From Candidatus Moraniibacteriota bacterium (GTDB lineage Bacteria; Patescibacteriota; Minisyncoccia; Moranbacterales; GCA-2747515), in assembly GCA_942490825.1 (NCBI GenBank), contig CALNYG010000005.1, positions 70,240 through 134,239 on the forward strand: 64,000 nt of DNA. Direction: 5' to 3'. The position numbers and the translations under genes are program-made. A model generated the notes under the pieces. That model searched no databases. It was given only the letters and a program-made list of their open reading frames with translations, and was not told the DNA's origin. How positions within the stretch are numbered: the stretch's first letter is position 1; each line of letters opens with the position of its first letter. Positions 36,089-44,778 of the stretch are shown here, piece after piece.

Positions 36089-37615
36089 TTATTCCCCCTT
36101 CGCCCGATACTGAATCCCCTCCGCAATATGATTCTTCAAAATCTTTTCACTCCCATCCAAATCCGCAATCGTCCTTGCCAATTTAATAATCCGATGATAA
36201 GCCCGCGCACTCAAATTCAACCTCTCCGTAGCCGATCGCAACAAAGCCCGAGACTCATCATCCAACTCACAAAACTGCCGAACCTGTTTACTACTCAATT
36301 CCGCATTAGTAATTTCCTTAACATCTTTCAAACGATCTTTCTGAATATTTCTCGCTTTTTCCACTCGATTTCGAATATCCACACTTTTCTCACCCAATTC
36401 ATTACTTTCCAATTTATCAATATTAATCCTCGAAACCTCAACGTGCATATCAATCCGATCAAGAATTGGTCCAGAAATCTTTTGTGTGTAACGAATTCTT
36501 TGCACTGGCGAACAAGTACATTCCTTATCAGGATCAGTCGCAAAACCACATGGACACGGATTCATCGCTGCCACCATAATAAAATGAGCAGGAAAAGTTA
36601 AAGTTCCCTGTGCTCGAGCAATCGTCACCAAACCATCTTCAAGCGGTTGTCGCAAGTTTTCCAAAACCAATCTTGGAAATTCCGCAAACTCATCTAAAAA
36701 TAAAACCCCTCGATGTGCCAAACTAATTTCTCCGGGACTCGGATTAGTTCCACCTCCAATTAAAGAAACCGCACTGGCACTATGATGTGGAGAGCGAAAA
36801 GGTCGAATCGTAATCAATTTTTGATTATCATCTAACATTCCAGAAACGCTGTAAATTTTAGTAACTTCCAAAGATTCCTCTAAATTCAAACGTGGCAAAA
36901 TAGAAATAAAAGTTTTCGCCAATAAAGTTTTTCCAGATCCCGGAGGACCATGAAAAAGAACATTATGTCCACCTGATGCTGCGATTTCCAAAGCACGTTT
37001 TGCATGTTCGTGCCCTTTCACATATTTCATATCCAATTCTGTCTCGGCGTACTGACATAACTTTTCCGCTGAGATTTTTTCCGCTGGCTCAATTATTTGT
37101 TCATTATTTAAATGACTAACTAGAGAAGCTAAAGTTTTGACAGGAATAATTTTAATATCTTCAACAACAGAAACCTCTTCAATATTTTCCGCTGGTAAAT
37201 AAAGTTCTTTAATCCCAATCTCTTTAGCAAAAAGTGCGATCGGCAAAGCACCTCGTACTGGACGTACTCGACCGTCTAAAGCTAATTCACCAACAAACAT
37301 TTTATTTTCAGTTTCAAATTCAATTTGATGAGTAGCTATTAAAAAACCAATTGCGATCGGTAAATCATAAATTGGACTGGCTTTTGGTAAATTGGCAGGT
37401 GCTAAATTTACGGTAATTCGTCCGCACTGATATGGCGGTTTGAAACGACTATTTTTTATAGCACTGGAAACTCGGTCTCTTGATTCTTTTACGGAAGTAT
37501 CTGGTAGTCCAACTAAAGTGAAAGTGTGCAATCCTTTTCCAAGTACGTCCACTTCAACTTCGACTAATGCTCCTGAAAGTCCGATTGTAGCTGCTGAGTA
37601 TATTTTTGATGGCAT
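36089..37615 (-). CDS. comM: Mg-chelatase-like AAA+ protein ComM/YifB
   Basis: 508 aa. N-terminal Lon-protease-like domain, Walker A GPPGSGKT, VLFLDEFAEF, and the C-terminal ChlI-like SARAYHRIIKLARTIADL. Confidence 0.93.
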   Translation of the reverse strand: MPSKIYSAATIGLSGALVEVEVDVLGKGLHTFTLVGLPDTSVKESRDRVSSAIKNSRFKPPYQCGRITVNLAPANLPKASPIYDLPIAIGFLIATHQIEFETENKMFVGELALDGRVRPVRGALPIALFAKEIGIKELYLPAENIEEVSVVEDIKIIPVKTLASLVSHLNNEQIIEPAEKISAEKLCQYAETELDMKYVKGHEHAKRALEIAASGGHNVLFHGPPGSGKTLLAKTFISILPRLNLEESLEVTKIYSVSGMLDDNQKLITIRPFRSPHHSASAVSLIGGGTNPSPGEISLAHRGVLFLDEFAEFPRLVLENLRQPLEDGLVTIARAQGTLTFPAHFIMVAAMNPCPCGFATDPDKECTCSPVQRIRYTQKISGPILDRIDMHVEVSRINIDKLESNELGEKSVDIRNRVEKARNIQKDRLKDVKEITNAELSSKQVRQFCELDDESRALLRSATERLNLSARAYHRIIKLARTIADLDGSEKILKNHIAEGIQYRAKGE

Positions 37616-37659
37616 AGAGAAGTTAGTAATGAGTAAATTAATATTTTATTATTAAAACA

Positions 37660-37887
37660 CTACTTAATTAAATACAGATAAAACTTAATTAATATATAAA
37701 TTAAAAATCCAAACTTCATTAACATTGCAGACCAATATAGATAAGGGTGTCTCTTTTTATTAGTCCTATTTGGAGTGAACATCTTACCGCTTAAAGTCCA
37801 TCCTCGTTTTAAACTTTTATATAAATCTACAGAAATTGCAGAAATTATAAAAATAACAAAAACTACTGCTATAACTTGTGTTAACAT
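37660..37887 (-). CDS. hypothetical small membrane protein
   Basis: 75 aa with two hydrophobic helices. It abuts lspA on the same strand. Confidence 0.35.
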   Translation of the reverse strand: MLTQVIAVVFVIFIISAISVDLYKSLKRGWTLSGKMFTPNRTNKKRHPYLYWSAMLMKFGFLIYILIKFYLYLIK

Positions 37888-37893
37888 AATAAC

Positions 37894-38331
37894 TTATTTA
37901 TCATCAATTAATATTATTAAAACAACCCCAACCGAAATAAAAGCATCTGCCAAATTAAAAGTAGAAATATTCAAAAACGGAATATAATCAATTACACAAC
38001 CATGAACTGCTCTATCTATAACATTACCTAATCCTCCAGAAATAATCAATAGAAAAGGAACTTGTACTAAAAATTTATTATTTAATTTATTGTGCCATAA
38101 ATATAAAATATAAGCCATTATCGGCAACCAAATTATTGCAAGTAAAATTATTGGCAATTTAATCCCAAAAGCAATTCCATAATTACAAGTATGAGCAATA
38201 TTTTTTTCTAAAATAAAATATTTAACAATCTGATCAATTCCAATTAAAACTACAATCATAAAAATCCCATGGACAAGACCACGGGATTTTATTTTTTTAA
38301 ATAAATTTTGAAATATATTATTCAGAAACAT
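37894..38331 (-). CDS. lspA: lipoprotein signal peptidase (signal peptidase II)
   Basis: 145 aa. GGLGNVIDRAVHGCVIDYI and FNLADAFISVGVVLII are LspA signature blocks. Confidence 0.88.
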   Translation of the reverse strand: MFLNNIFQNLFKKIKSRGLVHGIFMIVVLIGIDQIVKYFILEKNIAHTCNYGIAFGIKLPIILLAIIWLPIMAYILYLWHNKLNNKFLVQVPFLLIISGGLGNVIDRAVHGCVIDYIPFLNISTFNLADAFISVGVVLIILIDDK

Positions 38332-38665
38332 TTGTACGAGCTGCTGGATAAACTCTTAAACGATCAATGTTAATTTCTTCGCCAGTATTTTCATCTACAC
38401 CATAAGTTCCTTCCTCCATTTTTTTCAAGGCATCAATAGCATCATTCAATTGAACTTCCAAACTTTTTTCGACTCCTAAATTTCCAACATATTCTTCTAC
38501 TTCATTGGCATTGTCTTCCATGTCATCTGATATTTCTTTAAACTCTGTCTTAAAATCACCTTCAGTATCAGTTGGTTTTGCGAAACGACCTAATTCTTCT
38601 TCTAAGCCCTTTTTTTCTTCTAATAATTTTACTTTCAATTCTTCTAATGTTTTTTGATCAATCAT
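38318..38665 (-). CDS. DksA/TraR-family protein lacking the four zinc cysteines
   Basis: 115 aa. A coiled coil is followed by ALKKMEEGTYGVDENTGEEINIDRLRVYPAARTN, which aligns to the DksA/TraR C4 finger region but has no Cys. It overlaps lspA by 14 nt. Confidence 0.6.
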   Translation of the reverse strand: MIDQKTLEELKVKLLEEKKGLEEELGRFAKPTDTEGDFKTEFKEISDDMEDNANEVEEYVGNLGVEKSLEVQLNDAIDALKKMEEGTYGVDENTGEEINIDRLRVYPAARTNVSE

Positions 38666-38739
38666 ATTTTTAATTAATTCTGTTTATTTATAACTTAATT
38701 TTAACAAATAAAAATTTTTGTGTCTAGAAAAAAAATCTT

Positions 38740-39020
38740 GTGCTCGCCGCACGGGCTTTTGGAGTTCAAAGTTTTTAACCTCCATAAAAATTTATGATAG
38801 CCTTCCAGACATGTCATGCCGGAAGACAGAATTTATTCAAGAGCGTAGCGATTGATTTAAATTCGTCTATCCGGTATCTAGGAAACTATCAGAAAATAAC
38901 TAAATTTTAAAGTTTATAACTAATCTTAAAGCTTCCTAGATTCCGGATAAATTATTTTCTATCTATAAAACGCGATAAATCGACGTTTCTACAAAAGAAA
39001 ATATATTTTCCGGAGTGACA
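38740..39020. repeat. 17-mer plus GTCATGCCGG-type MITE carrying the REP palindrome
   Basis: GTGCTCGCCGCACGGGC lies at 38740-38756. The MITE spans 38813-39020 (ends GTCATGCCGGAAG and CCGGAGTGAC) and has AAAACGCGATAAATCGACGTTTCTAC inserted at 38967-38992. Confidence 0.75.
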
Positions 39021-39055
39021 AGCCTGGGAATATTCAGAAAAATGAATTTACTATC

Positions 39056-39469
39056 TCAAAAAAATATATTCTCTAAATGCTCAACCTTAGGTTTTTCACT
39101 GTCTGAATAAAAAATAACAGAAATAGCATCAAATTGCCAATCGCTTTCCCACAAGTCATTATCCGCAATATAAGTCTCTGCAATTTTTTGCAATTTATCG
39201 ATTTTACGAAAATCAATCTGCTCTTCAGGATTTATTTCCTCAACTAATTTTAAAGATCTAACTTTTCTAGTTTTAACTTCTACAAAAATAATATCATTAT
39301 CTTTATTTTTTGCAATAATATCAATTTCACCTAGTCTTTGTCCTTTTCTATTAAACCAATTGCGATCTAAAATTTTATAATCATTTTTTTTCAAATATTC
39401 TGTAGCTTCCAGCTCACCTTGTTCTCCAGTTTTTAAATGACTATTATCTTTTAATCCTTTTTCAATCAT
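39056..39469 (-). CDS. YraN-family (UPF0102) endonuclease-like protein
   Basis: 137 aa. GEQGELEATEYLKKNDYKILDRNW....GEIDIIAK..DNDIIFVEVKTRK is the YraN pattern. Confidence 0.8.
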   Translation of the reverse strand: MIEKGLKDNSHLKTGEQGELEATEYLKKNDYKILDRNWFNRKGQRLGEIDIIAKNKDNDIIFVEVKTRKVRSLKLVEEINPEEQIDFRKIDKLQKIAETYIADNDLWESDWQFDAISVIFYSDSEKPKVEHLENIFF

Positions 39470-39539
39470 AGTTAAACTTTTTTAAAAACCTTATGAAAAA
39501 CAAAAAACGCCTTTAAAAAGCGTCTTTCATTCAAACATT

Positions 39540-40160
39540 TTCCGGTGAAATTAAACTTTCATCAAGAAATGTTTAAGGTTTTTCACCGGGGCCAAAGCCC
39601 CTAAATAATATTTTGGGTTTGGCACCCGGATCAGTTCGTATGCACGAACATGCTATTAGTTTACATCAAATCGTTTTAGTTTCGGGTGAAAAACTTTACT
39701 TTTTTAATGTCCAGCATGTATTTTCTTTGCATACTATTTTGTTCGCAGTTTCGCGCTGCATTTTCTTCCCATCCATCGGCTATTCGCCTGTTTTAAAAGA
39801 ACTGTTATTTTTTCTATTTATTTTTGTTTTGAAAAAATGTTTTTTGTTTTTGTTTTTTTTGTTGTAAGAATTGAAGTTGCGAAAATTTGTTAATTCTTAC
39901 GATAGAAAGACATTGCTTTCTATATAATTTTGGACAGGTAGATTTCCAATTACAAATAGGGGGATATTGTAATTGGAAATCTACCTACCGAATTATTATT
40001 CGATTATTTTTAGTTGTTAAAGAAGTTTGTTTTTGAAGTAATCTCTTCTCTACTTCAGTACCCTTATTATATCAACAAAAAATGTCAGGGTCAATTACAT
40101 GCACCCAAAACCTCGCAAACAAAGGACTTTCAACTATATTGCTTTTACCTTAATAAAAAC
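39540..40160 (-). ncRNA. rnpB: candidate RNase P RNA (bacterial type A-like, atypically expanded)
   Basis: The minus strand carries, in the correct order: GAAAGTCC (complement of 40124-40131), GGGTGCATGTAATTGACCC (40088-40106; compare GGGUGCCAGGUAAC), ACAGGCGAATAGCCGATGG (ending at 39773), CACCCGAAAC (39679-39688), AATAG...GTTC...ACTGATCCGGGTGCC (39621-39635; compare ACUGAACCCGGGUAGGC), and GGGGCTT (complement of 39596-39602), which can pair with AAG(U)CCUU as P4. A terminator lies at 39501-39528. Ends are uncertain, no clear P3 was found, and about 300 nt of extra hairpins sit in the P12 position. Confidence 0.45.
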
Positions 40161-40203
40161 AGCTTATAAATATAAAAAATTAAACAGATTTTCTTTTTAA
40201 ATA

Positions 40204-40461
40204 CTTATCAACTTATTAACAAGTTATCCACATTATACATAGTTTATCCACATATTTTATAGACACCTCCTGTTAATACAACTACGCACTTCCAATTTAA
40301 CCAAAAACAATCTCCATTGTCTTTGACAAAATAATTAAAAAAGCTATACTATATATACTTTAAGCAATAGAAATTTTTATAGATGAACTAGGAAAAATCC
40401 TTTTTCTTACATAAAAATTTTAGAAAGGCATTAAATATATCAAATTTTTATCTGTGGATAA
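40204..40461. other. DnaA-box cluster / candidate replication origin
   Basis: Perfect TTATCCACA boxes lie at 40224-40232 and 40244-40252, and in reverse (TGTGGATAA) at 40453-40461. Degenerate boxes include TTATCAACT (40205) and TTATAGACA (40256). AT-rich tracts lie at 40141-40200. The cluster sits at the coding-strand switch: mostly minus-strand genes to the left and mostly plus-strand genes to the right. Confidence 0.5.
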
Positions 40462-41608
40462 AATTAAAAAACTTTTAAAAACACTACGTTCACTATTTTA
40501 CATAGTGGAAAGTTTTTTTATTAATCTTTTTAAAAAATATCACTTTTTTGGATTAGGCCGATTCATTCGTAGTAATGGTAGTTTTGCAGTTATTCTATTT
40601 ATTGCTGCTTTTGTTTCATTTAGCAACATTTCTGCTAAAAGTGAGAATGATACTTTTCTCGTAGGTTATTGGCAAGATGAAAGAAATAAAGTTGTTCATA
40701 ATGTAAGTGAAGAAGATGAACTATTTTTAGAAGAAGCTTCTTTAACGGAAAGATCTTCTATAATCTTAACTGAAGGTGGTGAAAAAGTAGACGAAGATAT
40801 TTATCAGACTAATGTTCAAATTTTAGCTGGAGACAATGAGGAGTTATTAGGAGAATCAACTGGTGTAAAGCGTCGTGTGGGATCTGGGGATTCAGATAAT
40901 GAAGATGATGTTAAAACTTATATTGTTAAAGATGGGGATACAGTTAGCCATATTGCTAAAAAATTCGACGTCAGTGTGAATACTATTCTTTGGGCTAATG
41001 AAGTTGATGATGTTACAGAAATTAAACCAGGTCTTACATTGTTTATCTTGCCAACTTCAGGCGTTAAACACAAAGTTAAGAAAAATGAAACTATAGACAA
41101 AATTGCTAAAAAATACGAAGTGGACGATATAAAGCAAATTATTGAATTTAATGATTTACCTGCTAATGGAGAGCTTGAGGAAGGACAAGAGTTAGTTATT
41201 CCTGGTGGTGAAAAAGAAACGCCAACAGCTTTATTTGCTAGACGTGATTATATTCCTGGTAATGTTAATATAATCAGTTCAACTGTTAAGAAACATGGAA
41301 AAGGTCATAGTTTTCCTTATGGTTATTGTACTTGGTATGTAGCACAAAAGAGATTTGTTCCCTGGGGAGGAAATGCTGGGGCATGGTTATATAATGCTAA
41401 AGCTCAGGGTTTTAATACTGGAAAGAAGCCCAAAGCTGGTTCTATTGTGGTTACGACTGAGGATGCTTATTATGGTCATGTGGCTTATGTTGAGTCTGTT
41501 GGTAAAGGAACTATTACTATTTCAGAGATGAATTATAAGGGTTTTGGAGTTAAGAGTAGTAGGACTTTGTCACAAAATTCTAGAGTTATTCGAGGGTATA
41601 TTTATTAG
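40454..41608 (+). CDS. secreted LysM-LysM-CHAP peptidoglycan hydrolase
   Basis: 384 aa. Signal anchor. Two LysM repeats (YIVKDGDTVSHIAKKFDVSVNTILWAN; HKVKKNETIDKIAKKYEV....). C-terminal CHAP (YGYCTWYVAQKR....GNAGAWL......GSIVV....YGHVAYVESV). The GTG start overlaps a DnaA box. Confidence 0.85.
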   Translation: MDKIKKLLKTLRSLFYIVESFFINLFKKYHFFGLGRFIRSNGSFAVILFIAAFVSFSNISAKSENDTFLVGYWQDERNKVVHNVSEEDELFLEEASLTERSSIILTEGGEKVDEDIYQTNVQILAGDNEELLGESTGVKRRVGSGDSDNEDDVKTYIVKDGDTVSHIAKKFDVSVNTILWANEVDDVTEIKPGLTLFILPTSGVKHKVKKNETIDKIAKKYEVDDIKQIIEFNDLPANGELEEGQELVIPGGEKETPTALFARRDYIPGNVNIISSTVKKHGKGHSFPYGYCTWYVAQKRFVPWGGNAGAWLYNAKAQGFNTGKKPKAGSIVVTTEDAYYGHVAYVESVGKGTITISEMNYKGFGVKSSRTLSQNSRVIRGYIY

Positions 41609-41679
41609 ATTTTAGAAAAAAATAAAAGGATGGCTATTTGTTAAAATAACACATCCTTCCCTAATACCTTCATTTGATT

Positions 41680-41952
41680 TCAATTAACACAACTAATAGC
41701 TGTAATTAAATGTTGGAAAAAGCAAAAAGGTAGAGATTTTGTAAGATACATCATAGATACTACTATAATATATTCCAGAGTAACTATTTGAACTCCATAC
41801 CATTTTTTATTATTTGAAGTCCAGACCTTTTTTCCAAATAAAGGCATGAGGTCAAATTTTGGTCGCAAAGTATTTACTAACGCTAAAAAGAAAAAGATTA
41901 TTGTTGAATTGATAATATTAACAATAAGATCTACATTAATATAAGAGTACAT
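41680..41952 (-). CDS. hypothetical small membrane protein
   Basis: 90 aa. GGGAGAG SD upstream. A hairpin plus T run follows on the minus strand (about 41623-41660). Confidence 0.4.
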   Translation of the reverse strand: MYSYINVDLIVNIINSTIIFFFLALVNTLRPKFDLMPLFGKKVWTSNNKKWYGVQIVTLEYIIVVSMMYLTKSLPFCFFQHLITAISCVN

Positions 41953-42030
41953 AAACTCTCCCTTTTAATAAAGTTTATAAAATAAATAAAAGAACAACAT
42001 AACACATAAGTATCTGATAAATAAACTATC

Positions 42031-42744
42031 TTGTCAATTATGCTAATAAGCGGAATACAAAAATTTACTGCTATTGATTATCCAGAAAAAATAGCTGCAA
42101 TCATATTTACACCAGGGTGCAACTTTAGGTGTGGGTTTTGCTATAATCAAGAATTTGTTTTACCAGAAGAGATTGCAAAAATAAAAGATAACTTTATTCC
42201 TGAAAAAGCCGTATTAAACTTTCTAAAAACTCGTGTTGGTAAAATAGATGGCGTAGTACTTTCAGGTGGTGAACCAACTTTACAAAAAGATTTAGAAAAT
42301 TTTATTGATAAAGTCAAAGAATTAGGATTTTTAGTTAAGCTAGACACAAACGGAACTGATCCAAAAATATTAAAAAAACTAGTTGAAAGTAAAAAGATTG
42401 ATTTCATAGCGATGGATATTAAAACTAGTTTTGATAATTACAAAAGTTTAGTTGGTGAAAATATCAATTTAGATGACATTAAAGAAAGTATGGAATTTTT
42501 AAAAACAAACGTAATTCCCTACGAATTTAGAACTACTGTAGTTGGGGGAATGCACACACCAGAAATTTTCGAAGAAATGGGAAAAATGTTGAAAGGTTCT
42601 GAAAAAATATATTTACAAAATTTTCGTGCACAAACTACGCTAGATCCAGAATTTGCTACGAGAAAATCTTTGACTAAAAGTGAGATGAATGAGGCAATTA
42701 AAATTCTTTCTAAATATATTGGTGAAGTTTCAGTTCGGGGATAA
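42031..42744 (+). CDS. nrdG: anaerobic ribonucleotide reductase-activating protein-like radical SAM enzyme
   Basis: 237 aa. FTAIDYPEKIAAIIFTPGCNFRCGFCYN carries the CxxxCxxC cluster in the NrdG/PflA-type context, and LSGGEPT is present. No nrdD is visible in the window. Confidence 0.78.
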   Translation: MSIMLISGIQKFTAIDYPEKIAAIIFTPGCNFRCGFCYNQEFVLPEEIAKIKDNFIPEKAVLNFLKTRVGKIDGVVLSGGEPTLQKDLENFIDKVKELGFLVKLDTNGTDPKILKKLVESKKIDFIAMDIKTSFDNYKSLVGENINLDDIKESMEFLKTNVIPYEFRTTVVGGMHTPEIFEEMGKMLKGSEKIYLQNFRAQTTLDPEFATRKSLTKSEMNEAIKILSKYIGEVSVRG

Positions 42745-42756
42745 ATAGACGATTAG

Positions 42757-43611
42757 AACGGTAGATTTTTAGATTGGTAGAGACATTACATTGCGATGTC
42801 TTTTTTAATAATTATGACAAGCGACCTTTTTTGTTTTTTGCGAGTCTCTAGAGTATGTCATTCCCGCGGAGGCGGGAATCCAGGATCTCAAAACTTTTAT
42901 TTATGTGAAAAACTAGAATTCATCTATAAACTTTTAATTTTATTATCCTAGATTCCGGATAAATAATTTTTTCACTACGTTACAAAATTATTTTCCGGAA
43001 TGACATGTCTGGGGGATTTGTTAATTTTGTAGGGGCAGTGTCTTGTGCCTGCCCTCCGATGAATAAAAAGTTTTGTGATGAGTGCGACCACGAGTAGAAA
43101 TTAATTGCAATTCATTTTTACAAATATACTTTCTGCCGGAATGGGTGTGTCGTAGACCACCCGTTTCGACCTGTCCGCCAAATCGGCGGGAACGTTTCGG
43201 AAGCAGTGGTCTACGACACACTACTTCCGGCATTTGAGAATTTATGAATTTTGTAGGGACAGTGCCTTGTGCCTATCCTGCTATGAACGAAAAGTTTTGT
43301 GATATTCTACGGGGGATTCTTCACTCCGCTATGCTACGTTCAGAATGACAGAAAAATTTAAAGTTATGTATCATAGCCCGTGCGGCGAGCACTTTATTTC
43401 TTTTTCTTAATGTTTCAAGTTATAATGATTACATTAAATATTTTTCTATGTCATTTCGACTGGAGCGTAGCAGAACAGAGAAATCTCAAAGCTCTAGGAT
43501 AATCCTAAACTTTTGAGATCCTCCAGGGGATATTCTCTACCTACGGCATTCATCTTATCTCTCCACTCCATATTTTAAAACTTCGTTTAAAAATATTCTG
43601 GTCGAGATGAC
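42757..43611. repeat. about 860-bp intergenic mosaic made almost entirely of repeat modules
   Basis: Modules in order: the GTAGATTTTTAGAT module and GTAG hairpin/terminator (42757-42802); a MITE (42857-43004); a GTAG class-D hairpin (43029-43057); GTAGAAATTAATTGCAATTCATTTTTAC (43094-43121); the 97-bp palindromic element (43135-43231); a GTAG class-D hairpin (43253-43281); an orphan MITE end CGTTCAGAATGAC (43337-43349); the 17-mer (43376-43392); and a MITE with GTCATTTCGAC/GTCGAGATGAC ends (43450-43611). Confidence 0.85.
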
Positions 43612-43647
43612 ATATTTAATATTTTTTTAAAAAAATAAAACAAAATT

Positions 43648-44571
43648 ATGAAATTAGACGATCTTTTCTTGGATTACTTGGAATATTTGGAAATTGAAAA
43701 AAATAATAGTCAGAAAACTGTTGAAAATTATAATCATTATTTGCGACGTTTTTTAGCGTTTGCGGAAGATAAATTTAAAGTTGAAAAACCGCAGGATATT
43801 ACTTTAGATGTGGTGCGGAAGTATCGGATTTATTTGAATCGGTTGAAAGTTGATAAAGATAAAACGTTGAAAGTTTCGACGCAGAATTATCATGTGATTG
43901 CTTTGCGGAACTTTTTGAAATATATGACCAGACGGGATATTGAAACTTTATCGGCGGAAAAAATTGAGGTTGGTAAAAATCCTACTCGGCAAATTGATTT
44001 TTTGACAGCGGATGAAGTTGAACGTTTATTGAACGCGGCGAAAGGTGAAGATTTAGCGGGATTGCGTGATCGTGCGTTGTTGGAATTGTTATTTTCGACG
44101 GGTTTGCGGGTTTCAGAATTAGTGAATCTTGATCGGGAAATTTTGAATTTAAAGCGTCAGGAATTTAGTGTTCGGGGTAAAGGTGATAAAATTAGAATTG
44201 TTTTTGTTTCAAATACAGCTAAAAATTCTTTGGAAAAATATTTAAATAAACGGATGGATATTGATCAGGCGGTTTTTGTGCGGATGACTAAGGGTTTGAA
44301 TGTTGATGCTGATGAAGAATCTTTGCGTTTGACGACACGGAGCGTTCAGCGGATTGTGAAGAAATATGCTTTGAAAGCAGGGATAGTGAAGGATGTGCAT
44401 CCGCATACTTTGCGTCATAGTTTTGCGACTGATTTATTGCAGAATGGTGCGGATATTCGTTCGGTGCAGGAGTTGTTGGGGCATTCGGATATTACGACTA
44501 CACAGATTTATACGCATGTTACGGATGGTGGTTTGAGGGATGTTCATCAGAAGTTTCATGGAAGGGATTGA
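43648..44571 (+). CDS. XerC/XerD-family tyrosine recombinase
   Basis: 307 aa. An N-terminal SAM-like core-binding domain is followed by a catalytic region with R...HPHTLRHSFATDLLQNGADIRSVQELLGHSDITTTQIYTHV. Confidence 0.9.
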   Translation: MKLDDLFLDYLEYLEIEKNNSQKTVENYNHYLRRFLAFAEDKFKVEKPQDITLDVVRKYRIYLNRLKVDKDKTLKVSTQNYHVIALRNFLKYMTRRDIETLSAEKIEVGKNPTRQIDFLTADEVERLLNAAKGEDLAGLRDRALLELLFSTGLRVSELVNLDREILNLKRQEFSVRGKGDKIRIVFVSNTAKNSLEKYLNKRMDIDQAVFVRMTKGLNVDADEESLRLTTRSVQRIVKKYALKAGIVKDVHPHTLRHSFATDLLQNGADIRSVQELLGHSDITTTQIYTHVTDGGLRDVHQKFHGRD

Positions 44572-44778
44572 CAGGTATTTTAATTCGTGCTATTATTATC
44601 TGTTACGATCTGAAATTAAATTAATTTCTAATTGTAAAAAAGTTCTTTAAATTAAAATTTTTTCTTTGTATTTTATTTGTAAAAGTTAAGTTTCCTTCAA
44701 GAAACTAATATCAATTTTAAAATTGGTTTTTTGAAGGAAGCTTAATTTATTTTTTATTAATTACAAAGGGAGATCGCT
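44568..44778 (+). promoter_or_regulatory. promoter plus conserved 5' leader, copy B
   Basis: TTGACA (44568-44573, overlapping the xer stop codon), 17 bp, TATTAT (44591-44596). The leader is homologous to 8337-8497, with palindrome GAAATTAAATTAATTTC and distal hairpin TTCCTTCAA/TTGAAGGAA. Confidence 0.5.

Noticed and set aside
39613-39867. 84-aa ORF in the large non-coding gap, and ORFs 13259-13495, 12883-13071, 17632-17886, 43021-43233, 49514-49770 and 57543-57776.
   Set aside because: They overlap structured RNA genes (candidate rnpB, tmRNA, tRNA-Val) or repeat modules. Their reading frames are by-products of repeat and hairpin sequence.
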